64,000 bases of DNA from an uncultured Actinomycetota bacterium. GTDB lineage: Bacteria; Actinomycetota; Actinomycetes; JAHEKZ01. Numbering within the stretch: position 1 is the stretch's first letter; every line of letters begins with the position of its first letter. Positions 21,916-32,140 of the stretch are shown piece by piece. The DNA is taken from positions 320,001-384,000 of the forward strand of contig CAWHIJ010000003.1 in assembly GCA_963829525.1 (NCBI GenBank), given 5' to 3'. The notes beneath the pieces are model-generated. The model did not search any database. It was not told where the DNA came from and saw only the letters and a program-made list of their open reading frames with translations. Made by a program: the position numbers and the translations under genes.

Positions 21916-23552
21916 GGGCGAAGGGCTTCGTAGGCCATGACGGCGGCGTGGAGTGACGTGCAGGCCTCGGCGGAGTCGAGGTCCACCGAGAGCACCTTCT
22001 CGATCGTGGTCAGCCGTTGGTAGAAGGCTTGCCGCGACAGGTGTGCGGCGTCGGCCGCTGCCGACTTGTTGCGTCCATGCGTGAGATAGATCTGCAGCGC
22101 GCCGACGAGATCGGTGCCGTTCTTGGCGTCGTGGTCGAGAAGCGGTCCGAGGGTTCGCTCGACGAAGGCCTGCAGTCGCGGGTCTGCCCCGAGCACGTAC
22201 AACAGCCCGCGCAACTGAACGTCCGGCAGTTCGTAGTACGGCTTCACCTCCGGTGACCCCTGCGCCGCCTCCGCTGCGTGGGCCGCCTCCGCGAACGAGC
22301 GCCGCACGGCGTCGAGGTCACGCACCCACGAGCCGACGCCGATCACCGGCCGGCTGACGTTGGCCGAGTCGGCCTTCGCCAGGACGTGCTGCGCCACCCG
22401 GGTCAGCAGCACGGATGCGTCGGCGCCGTCAGGCAGTGGCAACAGGACTCCGACGCGTCCAGGTCGCAGCGAGCCAACCAGCGCCTTGACGTCTGCCGAT
22501 CGCAGTGCGGACGCCACGAGCTCGGCCTCGAGGTCGCGCGGTCTGGCGTGCGGCTGGTGGGCTCGGTCGGCGCTCAGCTCGACGACGACCGCGACCAGCT
22601 CACGTCGAGCCGTGGGGACTCCGAGCGCCGCCGTACGCGCATGAACGTCGTCTGACGACTCAAAGCGGCGGTCGATGATGTCGGCCAGCGTGGTGCGATG
22701 CGCCTGCAGCTCCATCGGGTCCTGCTGCTGCTCAAGGAGCCGGTTGAGAGTGAGTGCCGTCGCAGCCCGTTCCAGCACCATCAGCTGCAAGGGACCGGGT
22801 TCGCCATCCGGCAAGAGCACGAGACGCCCCCACACCTCACCGCGCGCCTCGACCATCGCCACGACCCACCCCTCCGGCCCGCAGACGTCACTGTGCGCTG
22901 ACGTCTGCGCGGCGCGCGAGCGCGTGCTCCAGTCGCGCAGCACCTCGTCCGTCGACCGCGCCGCTGGTGCATGAGCCACGACCTGGTGCACGAGGTTCTC
23001 GAACACGACGGCGCAACCGGAGAGCCGAGCGGCCTCGTGCACGATCGAAGAGGCCGACGCGCCCTCGACGCAGAGCCGGGTGAAGACGCGGTGCGCCGAC
23101 TCAGAGGCGTGCAGGGCGCTGATCTGTTCCTCGACGATCAACGAATGCACCGCCTGGGTGACCTTGACGAAGCGCAGCTCGCGCTGCAGCGAGATCAGCG
23201 GCAGCCGGTGTCCTTCACAGGCCCTGACGAGGGCGCGCGGCAGCTCGGAGTAACGTCGCCCCAGCTCGACCACGAGGGCCACAGCGCCAGCTGTCGCGAG
23301 TGCGTCGGCGTAGGTGCGAAGCGCCTCGTCCGTCTCCGGAAGAGCGATTCCGGTAGTCAGGATCACCTCGCCGCCCGACAGCAGCCCAGCGATGTCCGGC
23401 AGCTCGCTGACGTGGACCCAGCGCACCTTGGCGTCGAGCCCTCGGGCACCAGCGTCGACGCGCGGCAGGCCAACGGCGACATCCGGCAGCCTGAGGATGT
23501 CGCGAACACGCGGAAGCGCCGCCTGGGCGGTGAGGGCTGCGCGATCGGACAT
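21912..23552 (-). CDS. PucR-family transcriptional regulator
   Basis: VRWVHVSE..LLSGGEVILTTG N-terminus; C-terminal HTH (NKSAAADAAHLSRQAFYQRL). Confidence 0.9.
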   Translation of the reverse strand: MSDRAALTAQAALPRVRDILRLPDVAVGLPRVDAGARGLDAKVRWVHVSELPDIAGLLSGGEVILTTGIALPETDEALRTYADALATAGAVALVVELGRRYSELPRALVRACEGHRLPLISLQRELRFVKVTQAVHSLIVEEQISALHASESAHRVFTRLCVEGASASSIVHEAARLSGCAVVFENLVHQVVAHAPAARSTDEVLRDWSTRSRAAQTSAHSDVCGPEGWVVAMVEARGEVWGRLVLLPDGEPGPLQLMVLERAATALTLNRLLEQQQDPMELQAHRTTLADIIDRRFESSDDVHARTAALGVPTARRELVAVVVELSADRAHQPHARPRDLEAELVASALRSADVKALVGSLRPGRVGVLLPLPDGADASVLLTRVAQHVLAKADSANVSRPVIGVGSWVRDLDAVRRSFAEAAHAAEAAQGSPEVKPYYELPDVQLRGLLYVLGADPRLQAFVERTLGPLLDHDAKNGTDLVGALQIYLTHGRNKSAAADAAHLSRQAFYQRLTTIEKVLSVDLDSAEACTSLHAAVMAYEALRP

Positions 23553-23891
23553 GGCACCCCTCGTGGCTCGTCTCCCGGCTGGTTCGGCCGCCGTCTCCGG
23601 TGTCCGCGAGAGTAGCGACTGAGCGAAGTGCTTCGTTTCCGAAGTCGATTTTCGGGCGCGCACGCCCAGGGCCATCTGTTCCGGCCAACACGGTTCGATT
23701 ACAAACGCTAGACGCGTCCGGATTGAGCGGTTAGGTTCGGCCCACGCAGCAGGCACTGCTGGGTCGAGTGTGTGTGGAGTCCGGCGATTGTGCGGTCTGA
23801 GGGGGCGCAAGCCGGAGATCTTCCCGTCACACGTGGGTGAGGTTCACGAGAGGCCGGTGGCCGCACGGTGCGGCGCCAGGAGGGATTGGGC

Positions 23892-25751
23892 ATGTTGATG
23901 ACGCGGAGGGCTCTTCGATGGAGCGCCCTGGCGACCACGGCCGTGGTGGCAGGGATACTGCCATTGGCAGCGGCAGGGGGTTCGGCCCAGGCCGCTGAGC
24001 AGAGCGGCAAGAACATCTTCGTCGTCGGAATGCTGCAGGACGTCGACAATCTCAATCCCTTCAAAGGCATCACGGTTGCCGCCTACGAGTCGTGGGCGCT
24101 GACCTACGGTTACCTCACCGGCTACAGCGCCGAGGACTTCTCGCCGGTACCGGCACTGGCCGAGAGTTGGTCTGCTTCGGACGACGAGCTCACGTGGACC
24201 TACAACCTGCGCAAGGACGCGGTCTTCTCTGACGGGGTGCCGCTGACCTCGGCCGACGTCGCCTACTCGTTCAATCGGGTAATGGCCGGTGAGTCGATCG
24301 AGAAGACGAACTACGGCAGCTACGTGAAGAACATCGCCAGCGTCAAGGCGGTCGATGACTACACGGTCGAGATGACCGTCAAAAAGCCATCAGCAATCAT
24401 GAACAACTTGGCAGTCCCGATCTTGCCCGAGCACATCTGGAGCAAGATCAGTGCTGATGAGCTGAAGACTTACACCAATGAACCTGGTTCGGACCCCCCG
24501 GGCATGGTGGGTTCTGGCCCGTTCGTGATGACTGATGCGGTCAAAGGTCAGTACTACCGGTACACCACAAACCCGGATTGGTACGGCCAGACACCGAACA
24601 TCGACGGTATCGAGTTCAAGATCTACCAGAACGACAACGGACTGGTGACCGCGCTTGAGAACGGTGAGGTCGACTTCGCCGATGACATCGAGGCATCGTT
24701 GTTCAACACCCTTGAGGGCAAGGACAACATCACAGCGAAGTCGTCGCAGTACTCCGGCTTCAACTACCTGACGTTCAACGGTGGGGCGCAGACTGTCGAC
24801 GGAACCCCGATCGGGACGGGTCACCCGTCGCTGAAGGATCCGATCGTTCGTGAGGCGATCCACTACGCCATCGATGAGAACGCATTAGTTGATCGCACCT
24901 TGCAGGGCCGTGGGGCGCCGGGTGACACGTTTATCCCGCCGATCTACAGCGATTTCCACCTGAGCATCGCGGATCCGATCAGCTATGACCCCGATAAGGC
25001 CAACCAGTTGCTCGACGACGCCGGGTATACGAAAGGGTCGGACGGCATTCGCACCATGCCGGATGGCTCGGATCCGCTCGTCTACCAGCTGTACTCGCGG
25101 CAGAACTCCAAGACGTCGCAGACGACGATCCAGTTGCTGCAGGGCTTCCTGAAGGACATCGGTATCGACTCGAACGCGGAGTCGGTGTCGGAGGGTCGCC
25201 TGTACGGCATCGCTGGGGATGGCACCTTTGACATGTACGAGTGGGGGTGGGTGGTTGAGCCCGATCCTGACTACCAGTCCTCGGTCTTCACCTGCGGCCA
25301 GATGAGCTACGAAACCGGCAGTGGGCAGATCTACGCCGGACTCAACGACAGTTTCTACTGCAACAAGGAGTACGACAAGCTCTACCAAGAGCAGAGCACC
25401 GAGACCGACCGCACTGCCCGGGCTGACATCGTCAAGCAGATGCAGCAGATGGTCTACGACGCGAATGCGTACGTCATCTACGAGGTGTACGACTACCTGC
25501 AGGCGTACCGCAGTGACCGTTACACCGGTTTTGTCGAGCAACCCTCTGACAACGGCGCGATCTTGTTCCAGTACGGCATCTACTCGTACTTGAACATCGA
25601 ACCGGTCACCGCCGGTGCTGGCTCGGCAAGTTCGAATGAGACGAACACCGCCCTGATCGTCGGTGGTGTGGCTGCGGCTGCGGTGCTGGTTGGCTTGATC
25701 GTGTGGTTGGCGACTCGTGGGCGTCGCGGTAGCGGCGCCGACGTGGAGTAG
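23892..25751 (+). CDS. ABC transporter peptide/nickel-type (family 5) substrate-binding protein with C-terminal membrane anchor
   Basis: AQA-A signal peptide, LAESW, FSDGVPLTSADV, GSGPF, C-terminal TM helix followed by RGRR. Confidence 0.9.
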   Translation: MLMTRRALRWSALATTAVVAGILPLAAAGGSAQAAEQSGKNIFVVGMLQDVDNLNPFKGITVAAYESWALTYGYLTGYSAEDFSPVPALAESWSASDDELTWTYNLRKDAVFSDGVPLTSADVAYSFNRVMAGESIEKTNYGSYVKNIASVKAVDDYTVEMTVKKPSAIMNNLAVPILPEHIWSKISADELKTYTNEPGSDPPGMVGSGPFVMTDAVKGQYYRYTTNPDWYGQTPNIDGIEFKIYQNDNGLVTALENGEVDFADDIEASLFNTLEGKDNITAKSSQYSGFNYLTFNGGAQTVDGTPIGTGHPSLKDPIVREAIHYAIDENALVDRTLQGRGAPGDTFIPPIYSDFHLSIADPISYDPDKANQLLDDAGYTKGSDGIRTMPDGSDPLVYQLYSRQNSKTSQTTIQLLQGFLKDIGIDSNAESVSEGRLYGIAGDGTFDMYEWGWVVEPDPDYQSSVFTCGQMSYETGSGQIYAGLNDSFYCNKEYDKLYQEQSTETDRTARADIVKQMQQMVYDANAYVIYEVYDYLQAYRSDRYTGFVEQPSDNGAILFQYGIYSYLNIEPVTAGAGSASSNETNTALIVGGVAAAAVLVGLIVWLATRGRRGSGADVE

Positions 25752-25755
25752 CTGA

Positions 25756-26835
25756 GTGGCTCAGCTTGAACCCGCAGGTGGGTCTGCGGCAGCAGTGGAT
25801 CCGACCGGTGACGGAGCGCTGGACTCGACCTCAGAGGGTCGGGTCCAGCGCGGCTCACGGGTATCTGGGTTGTGGCGGTTCACCGGTCGTCGGCTGCTGA
25901 CGGGGCTGGGCACGCTGATCTTCGTGCTTTTCGTCAACTTCTTCATGTTCCAGATGCTCCCGGGCGACCCGCTCGCACGCTACAAGGGCGCGCGCGAAAT
26001 CTCTGCGGCAGACCTTGCCAAGCTTCGGGCTGAGCTCGACGCGCCTCTGTGGCAGCAGTTCTTCAACTACCTCAAAGATCCCCTGCAGCTGGACTCGTAT
26101 TCCACGATCCAGGGAAAGCCGGTGTGGGACGTCATTGCTGCCTCGACAACGCCCACGCTGATCTTGTTGGGAACGTCCACACTGATCGCCACGATTGCCG
26201 GAATCTGGATCGGCATCCGGGCTGGTTGGAACCGGGGAAGCCGCTTCGACAAGAACTCCACGGCAGTCACTCTCTTCCTTTATGCGACCCCGGAGTTCTG
26301 GCTTGGTCTCATCCTGATCCTGGTGTTCTCGACGGGTATTGGGCCTTTTCCTGGGATCTTCCCCAGCGGGTCGTTCATTGGGTCAGGGCTCGATCCATGG
26401 TCGATTGAAGGAGCGATCAGCATCGCGTTCCATACGGTGCTGCCTGCGTCAGCGTTGGCAGCGGTCTATCTGGCTGACTATTCGTTGATCATGCGGGCCT
26501 CCATGGTCGATGAGTTGGGCCAGGACTACCTCATGACTGCACGTGCGAAGGGTTTGATGGACCGAGCCATTCGGCGTGGTCACTGCGTTCCGAATGCATC
26601 GCTGCCGACGATCACGTTGATCTTCCTCAACATCGGATTCATCATCGGTGGAGCCATCACCGTGGAGACGGTGTTTTCCTATCCGGGGCTCGGTCTGCTC
26701 ACCTGGAACGCGATCACCTTCCAAGATCTACCGCTTCTGCAGGCGCTCTTCCTGCTCTTCAGTGTCTCGGTGATCGTGTTCAACCTCATTGCCGACATCG
26801 TGATCGCTGCGGTTGACCCGAGGATTCGTCTGTGA
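25756..26835 (+). CDS. Peptide ABC permease (OppB/DppB-like)
   Basis: PGDP, DYLMTARAKG, VETVFSYPGLG, VDPRIR. Confidence 0.92.
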   Translation: MAQLEPAGGSAAAVDPTGDGALDSTSEGRVQRGSRVSGLWRFTGRRLLTGLGTLIFVLFVNFFMFQMLPGDPLARYKGAREISAADLAKLRAELDAPLWQQFFNYLKDPLQLDSYSTIQGKPVWDVIAASTTPTLILLGTSTLIATIAGIWIGIRAGWNRGSRFDKNSTAVTLFLYATPEFWLGLILILVFSTGIGPFPGIFPSGSFIGSGLDPWSIEGAISIAFHTVLPASALAAVYLADYSLIMRASMVDELGQDYLMTARAKGLMDRAIRRGHCVPNASLPTITLIFLNIGFIIGGAITVETVFSYPGLGLLTWNAITFQDLPLLQALFLLFSVSVIVFNLIADIVIAAVDPRIRL

Positions 26836-27764
26836 GTACCGACACCGCTCCGCAACGCATACCGCAGTCAGTGAGGGCGATCCGCTGGCAGCGTCGGCGG
26901 GTCTCGACCACACGCTTCGTCAAGACGTTCGTCAAGCATCGGTCGGGTATGGCGGGGATCGGCATCCTTGTCTTCTTCGTGGTCGTGGCATTGACTGCAC
27001 CGCTGGTCTTTCCCGCCTATTTGCTTGACCCGAACCAGAACCTGCAGAACGGTCAGCTTGAGGCGCCGTCCTCGAGTTTCTACTACTGGTTGGGCACCGA
27101 CGAGCTCGGCCGATCGGTGATGGCAGAGCTGGCATGGGGGACGCGTCCGTCGTTGGTGGTGGGGATTCTTGCCTCGATCATCGCAATGGTCATCGGCACC
27201 CTCGTCGGTATCGCCAGCGGCCACTTCAGAGGTTTGTTCGGTGGTGCCATGGAACGGCTCACCGACTGGTTTCTGGTACTGCCGTTCGTGCCGCTGGTCA
27301 TTGTGCTGCAGGCGGTGCTGGGGCAGACGTCGATCTGGATCACGGTCGTCGTGCTCGGTATCACCTCGTGGCCGGGGACCTCCCGTCTAGTGCGAGCACA
27401 GACTCTGAGTGTGGAGGCGCGGCCCTATATCGAACGAGCCAAAGTACTGGGCAACAGCGACTGGATGCAGATGGTTCATCACGTGCTGCCCAATGTGATG
27501 CCGCTGGTAATTGCCAACACCACACTGACCGTCGCAATCGTGATTCTGTCGATGACGACGCTTGCATTCTTGGGGTTGCTGGACCCGAACATGATCTCGT
27601 GGGGTGGCATGCTCGACTCCGCCGACAACTCTGGTGCGGCACTGCAGGGTGCCTGGTGGTTCCTGCTCCCGCCAGGGCTTTGCGTGATCTTCGTGGTGCT
27701 CGCGTTCACCCTGATCGGGCGCACGCTCGAAGTCGTTCTGAACCCGCGCTTGGGGAGCAACTGA
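26832..27764 (+). CDS. Peptide ABC permease (OppC/DppC-like)
   Basis: WLGTDELGRS, RLVRAQTL, HVLPNV, SWG, NPR. Confidence 0.92.
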   Translation: MSTDTAPQRIPQSVRAIRWQRRRVSTTRFVKTFVKHRSGMAGIGILVFFVVVALTAPLVFPAYLLDPNQNLQNGQLEAPSSSFYYWLGTDELGRSVMAELAWGTRPSLVVGILASIIAMVIGTLVGIASGHFRGLFGGAMERLTDWFLVLPFVPLVIVLQAVLGQTSIWITVVVLGITSWPGTSRLVRAQTLSVEARPYIERAKVLGNSDWMQMVHHVLPNVMPLVIANTTLTVAIVILSMTTLAFLGLLDPNMISWGGMLDSADNSGAALQGAWWFLLPPGLCVIFVVLAFTLIGRTLEVVLNPRLGSN

Positions 27765-27765
27765 A

Positions 27766-28743
27766 ATGGCAGTCCTCGAGATGCGGGACGTCTCATTGAC
27801 CTACCACCCCGCAGAGGGTCCCGTCCCGGCGGTTCGCGGTGTGAACCTGTCGGTCGCGGCGGGTGAAGTGGTGGGCGTGGCCGGTGAGTCCGGATGCGGT
27901 AAGTCGACGCTGATCTCGACGGTGCTGCGCCTGTACCCCAAGAACGCCACCGTAGAGGGTGAAGTGCTCGTCGACGGCGAGAACGTGTTCGACATGAAGT
28001 GGAATCGGATGCGCGCGGTCCGGTGGGGTGAAGCGGCCGTCGTCTTCCAGGGCGCACTGCACTCACTCAATCCCATTCAGAAGATCGGCAAGCAGCTGTC
28101 TGAACCGATCCTGGTGCACGAAAAGGGCGCCACCGAGGCGTCAGCTATGAAGAAGGTACGTGAGCTGCTTGATCAGGTCGGGCTTCCCACGCGGCACGCG
28201 GACGCCTACCCGCATCAACTCTCAGGCGGGCAGAAGCAACGCATCATGATCGCCCTCGCCCTCACCTGCGACCCGTCGGTCTTGCTCTGCGACGAGCCGA
28301 CCACCGCCCTCGACGTCATGGTGCAGGCACAGATCCTCGATTTGCTCAAGGGGATCGCCCGCGAACGCTCAATGGGCATGGTGATCATCAGCCACGATCT
28401 CTCCGTGCTGGCGTCCAACTGCGACCGGATCGCCATCATGTACGCGGGACGCGTCGTCGAGCAAGGCGTCGCCCAAGACCTCTTCAGCAGCCCGGCGCAT
28501 CCCTACACCCGAGCCCTGATGGGAGCATTCCCCACGATCGGCGATGACCAGTCGCGCTACTCACCGAGCGGGCTACCCGGTGACCCTCCCTTCCCCGGCG
28601 ACCTGCCCAGCGGTTGCGCCTTCCACCCGCGTTGCCCGATAGCCACCGACGAATGCGCCACCGCTGTGGTCGACCTCAAAGTGGTCGGCCCCCGACGCGA
28701 GGCCGCCTGCATCCACATCACCCAGGGGGCATCGACACCGTGA
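27766..28743 (+). CDS. Peptide ABC ATPase (OppD-like)
   Basis: GESGCGKS, YPHQLSGGQ, DEPTTALD, HPYT, GCAFHPRC. Confidence 0.93.
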   Translation: MAVLEMRDVSLTYHPAEGPVPAVRGVNLSVAAGEVVGVAGESGCGKSTLISTVLRLYPKNATVEGEVLVDGENVFDMKWNRMRAVRWGEAAVVFQGALHSLNPIQKIGKQLSEPILVHEKGATEASAMKKVRELLDQVGLPTRHADAYPHQLSGGQKQRIMIALALTCDPSVLLCDEPTTALDVMVQAQILDLLKGIARERSMGMVIISHDLSVLASNCDRIAIMYAGRVVEQGVAQDLFSSPAHPYTRALMGAFPTIGDDQSRYSPSGLPGDPPFPGDLPSGCAFHPRCPIATDECATAVVDLKVVGPRREAACIHITQGASTP

Positions 28744-29771
28744 GCAGCGCAGCCGAGCAGTTCCCACTGTCAGCCGACAGCGCCATTGAGGTCGACGACC
28801 TCCACGTCACCTTTGCTGGTCGCGACGGCGGAATCGCCAAGGCCGTGGACGGCGTCAACCTCGACATTCGCAAGGGCGAGATCATCGCCATGGTCGGAGA
28901 GTCTGGCTGTGGCAAGACCACGCTGGCTCGCACCATCTTGGGCCTGGAAAAGCCAGCATCTGGCCAGGTCCGGTTCCACGGCGACCCGCTGGAGTACAGC
29001 GGGCGGGCGCTGAAGCGCTACCGCAAGCACGTCCAACTGGTGCTGCAAGACCCCACCGGATCGCTCAACCCGCGCCACTCTGTGTACGAAGCAGTTGCCG
29101 AAGGACCCAGGACACACGGCATGGACGACGAGATCGGACGCGTCACCCGAGCCATGTCGATGGCCGGGCTCCGTCCGCCCGAGCGCTTCTTCCTGCGCTA
29201 CCCCCACGAGCTCTCCGGCGGCCAGCGTCAACGAGTCGTTATCGCAGGTGCCCTCGCACTGGACCCCGAGATCATCATCGCCGACGAACCAGTCAGCAGC
29301 CTCGACGCGTCCGTGCGCGGCGAAATCCTTGCCCTGATGCTCAAACTGCGCGAAGAGCTTGGCCTCACACTGCTCGTCGTCACCCACGACCTCGGCCTCG
29401 CCTGGAACATCGCCGACCGCATCGTCGTGATGTATCTCGGACGTGTCGTCGAACAGGGCCCGACCGAGCAAGTACTGAACAACCCGCAACACCCCTACAC
29501 CCGAGCGCTGCTGTCAGTAGTCCCCGAGATGCACGGCATGGAGCAGATCGTCCTGTCCGGCGAAGCACCGGACCCCACGAAGATTCCTTCCGGCTGCCGC
29601 TTCCATCCCCGCTGCCAAGAAGTCCGCGATGGCGGCGCCGAAGCCGCCGGCGTTCTCGGAGCCTGCACCACCATCAGCCCCACGATCCTGTCGGCGCACA
29701 TTCCGGTTGGTGCTGCCGCCCTCGGACATGACTCCGCCTGCCACCTGGTCGTACCCCCACCGTCTGCCTGA
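28740..29771 (+). CDS. Peptide ABC ATPase (OppF-like)
   Basis: GESGCGKT, YPHELSGGQRQR, DEPVSSLD, GCRFHPRC; GTGA overlap. Confidence 0.92.
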   Translation: MSSAAEQFPLSADSAIEVDDLHVTFAGRDGGIAKAVDGVNLDIRKGEIIAMVGESGCGKTTLARTILGLEKPASGQVRFHGDPLEYSGRALKRYRKHVQLVLQDPTGSLNPRHSVYEAVAEGPRTHGMDDEIGRVTRAMSMAGLRPPERFFLRYPHELSGGQRQRVVIAGALALDPEIIIADEPVSSLDASVRGEILALMLKLREELGLTLLVVTHDLGLAWNIADRIVVMYLGRVVEQGPTEQVLNNPQHPYTRALLSVVPEMHGMEQIVLSGEAPDPTKIPSGCRFHPRCQEVRDGGAEAAGVLGACTTISPTILSAHIPVGAAALGHDSACHLVVPPPSA

Positions 29772-29822
29772 CGCGCCCCGCGGCCGTCCCTTGCACTGCG
29801 CCGTGATGAGCGGGTGAGTCGT

Positions 29823-30374
29823 CTACAGGTAGGGGCCGCTGGTGCGCTGGCTCTGGTCGAGCTCGCCGGGGACGCCGCCGCCGTCACGCCCTGCCGGGAG
29901 CGCTGCACGCCGCCGCATCTCTTCAAACTGCGCTCGCGCGGCAACCTGTTGGGCGAACAGAGCCGTTTGGATGCCGTGGAAGAGCCCTTCGAGCCACCCA
30001 ACCAGCTGGGCTTGCGCGATACGTAGCTCGGCCTCACTTGGGATGCTGTCATCGGTGAACGGAAGTGAGATGCGCTCCAGCTCGTCGACCAGCTCGGGTG
30101 CGAGCCCGTCCTCAAGCTCAGCGATCGACCTGCGGTGGATCTCCTTCAGGCGCGCGCGTCCTGCTTCATCCAGCGGCGCACTTCGCACCTCGTCCAGGAG
30201 CTGCTTGATCATCGTGCCGATCCTCATCACCTTGGCTGGCTGTTCCACCAGCTCGGTGATCGGTGGCTGGCCGTCGCCGCCCTCGGCGCCGGGGTCTGGG
30301 ACCTCCCCGACGGGCTGACCATCGGGGCCGACGATCACGATTCGGTTCGGTGTCTCGTCCTGCGGCTGCGTCAT
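29823..30374 (-). CDS. bpa: Bacterial proteasome activator Bpa/PafE
   Basis: VEQPAKVMRIGTMIKQLL, ELRIAQAQLVGWLEGLFHGIQ, C-terminal GPYL (HbYX). Confidence 0.93.
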   Translation of the reverse strand: MTQPQDETPNRIVIVGPDGQPVGEVPDPGAEGGDGQPPITELVEQPAKVMRIGTMIKQLLDEVRSAPLDEAGRARLKEIHRRSIAELEDGLAPELVDELERISLPFTDDSIPSEAELRIAQAQLVGWLEGLFHGIQTALFAQQVAARAQFEEMRRRAALPAGRDGGGVPGELDQSQRTSGPYL

Positions 30375-30435
30375 GGGTCCATCTTGGCGTAGAAACCTTG
30401 TGGACGAAGAACCGGTCCTCCGACAGGGTGAGCGC

Positions 30436-31431
30436 ATGGAATTCGCTGCCCTGGAGAAGGCGCTCCCAGACCACGAGATCCGGCCCATCAGCCTGGACGA
30501 CGTTCCCGCTTTGGCCAACCTGGTGGGGCGGCTCACCACCGTGGTTCTCGGTGAGCCGGACGTCAGTGAGGCCGAGCTTCGGGACGACCTGATCGGCCCG
30601 CACTTCGAGTTGAGCACCGACACTTTCGTTGCAGTCGCACCCGATGGGGGGGTGACCGCATACGGGCAGGGCTACGACGAACGCGATGGCTCAGGATGGA
30701 TCGATGTCTGTATCGACCCCGCGCTCGACGAGGCACGGCAGGACGCTGTCGCTGACGCTGGAATCGCTGCATGTGCTGCCCGAATCATCGAGTCGGCAAA
30801 AGCGCGGGGAGCGTCGGAGATCCATCTGACGGCTAACCTCTACGAGTCCGAGACCCTGATGCGCGATGCGTATGCGCGTGCTGGTCTGCCGGTCGAGACG
30901 ATCTACTGGCGCATGCAGCGCGAGTTCTCCGCGGCCGAAGCGCTCGAAACGCCGGTGGTGCCAGACGGCTTCCGGATCGGCAAGGTCGACCCACGCGACG
31001 ACGTCGTGATCGAGCAGGGCTACCACCTCATCAACGACACCTTCAGCGAGCACCACGGGTTCGGGGGTGAGGTGAAGTCGCTCTCTGACTACATCGAATA
31101 CGTGCGCAGCGCCGAAGCGTTCGACCCGGACGCATGGTGGTTCGCCTGGCAGGGGGACACGCCTGTCGGTTTGCTCATCGGCGACAACCGGCGCGAGGAA
31201 CAGGGCTTCGGTTACGTGCCCTCCGTTGGTGTCCAGAAGCGGCTCAGGGGACGCGGGATCGCGCGGGCGCTCCTGCTCGCTGCCTTCGCTGACTACCAGC
31301 AGCGCGGACGCGCCGGCGTGCAGCTCGGCGTCGATACTCAGAACTCCACAGGTGCGACACGTCTCTACGAGTCGGTGGGTATGACGTCGCTGCACTCCGC
31401 GCTTGCGATGGGCCGCAAAGTCACCCTCTGA
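30436..31431 (+). CDS. Tandem-GNAT acetyltransferase
   Basis: VGVQKRLRGRGIARALL motif A; LGVDTQNSTGATRLYESVG. Confidence 0.85.
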   Translation: MEFAALEKALPDHEIRPISLDDVPALANLVGRLTTVVLGEPDVSEAELRDDLIGPHFELSTDTFVAVAPDGGVTAYGQGYDERDGSGWIDVCIDPALDEARQDAVADAGIAACAARIIESAKARGASEIHLTANLYESETLMRDAYARAGLPVETIYWRMQREFSAAEALETPVVPDGFRIGKVDPRDDVVIEQGYHLINDTFSEHHGFGGEVKSLSDYIEYVRSAEAFDPDAWWFAWQGDTPVGLLIGDNRREEQGFGYVPSVGVQKRLRGRGIARALLLAAFADYQQRGRAGVQLGVDTQNSTGATRLYESVGMTSLHSALAMGRKVTL

Positions 31432-31461
31432 CTCCCTCCACGCCGTTACGGCCACCTTGGC

Positions 31462-32130
31462 TCAGGGGAAGGCGACCGTGTCGAGGAAGGCGTCTATCAG
31501 GTCGTAGCAGCGCTGACGGTTCTGCTCGGCAAGTTGCTCGGTCTGTTGGTAGACCTTCTCCAAGTCGACGCCATACGCGTCGGCGTCATCGGCGGCATCC
31601 TTGCCCCAGCGACGAATGATCTCGGTGGAAACTTCAGGGTGGAACTGCAGCGCGAGCATGCGACCCAGACGATAGGCCTGGGGGCCGGCATCGGTCGACG
31701 CGAACACCTGAGCGCCGAGTGGCGGGGTGAACTTGTCAACGTGGTACTCAAACCACGGTCCGGGTGGAGCAAGCTGGGGGTTTTGCGTCGTGATCTCATA
31801 CCAGCCGAGCTCACTGCGGTGTGCGCGCTCAACCGAACCACCAAGAGCGTGCGACATCAGTTGTCCGCCGTAACAGATCCCGAGGACGGGCGTGTCGGAG
31901 TCCGCCGCGGCGCGCACGAGGGCTGACTCACGGTCGACGTGGTTGGCGACCTTCTCCCAGTAGACCGACCAGTCCGACCCCAGCATCACCAAGAGGTCAA
32001 CGCCCTCGAGGTCAATCTGGCTGGCACCGTCGCGATGAAAGATCTCAAGCTCGAAGCCACGCTGCCGCAGTCGTTCGCCCACGTGCCCCGCATCGTCGTC
32101 GCCGCTGTTGGCGATCACCAGTGCCCTCAC
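31462..32130 (-). CDS. Type 1 glutamine amidotransferase-like protein
   Basis: LGICYGGQL (Cys) and QFHPE (His/Glu). Confidence 0.9.
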   Translation of the reverse strand: MRALVIANSGDDDAGHVGERLRQRGFELEIFHRDGASQIDLEGVDLLVMLGSDWSVYWEKVANHVDRESALVRAAADSDTPVLGICYGGQLMSHALGGSVERAHRSELGWYEITTQNPQLAPPGPWFEYHVDKFTPPLGAQVFASTDAGPQAYRLGRMLALQFHPEVSTEIIRRWGKDAADDADAYGVDLEKVYQQTEQLAEQNRQRCYDLIDAFLDTVAFP

Positions 32131-32140
32131 AGCAGGCAGG

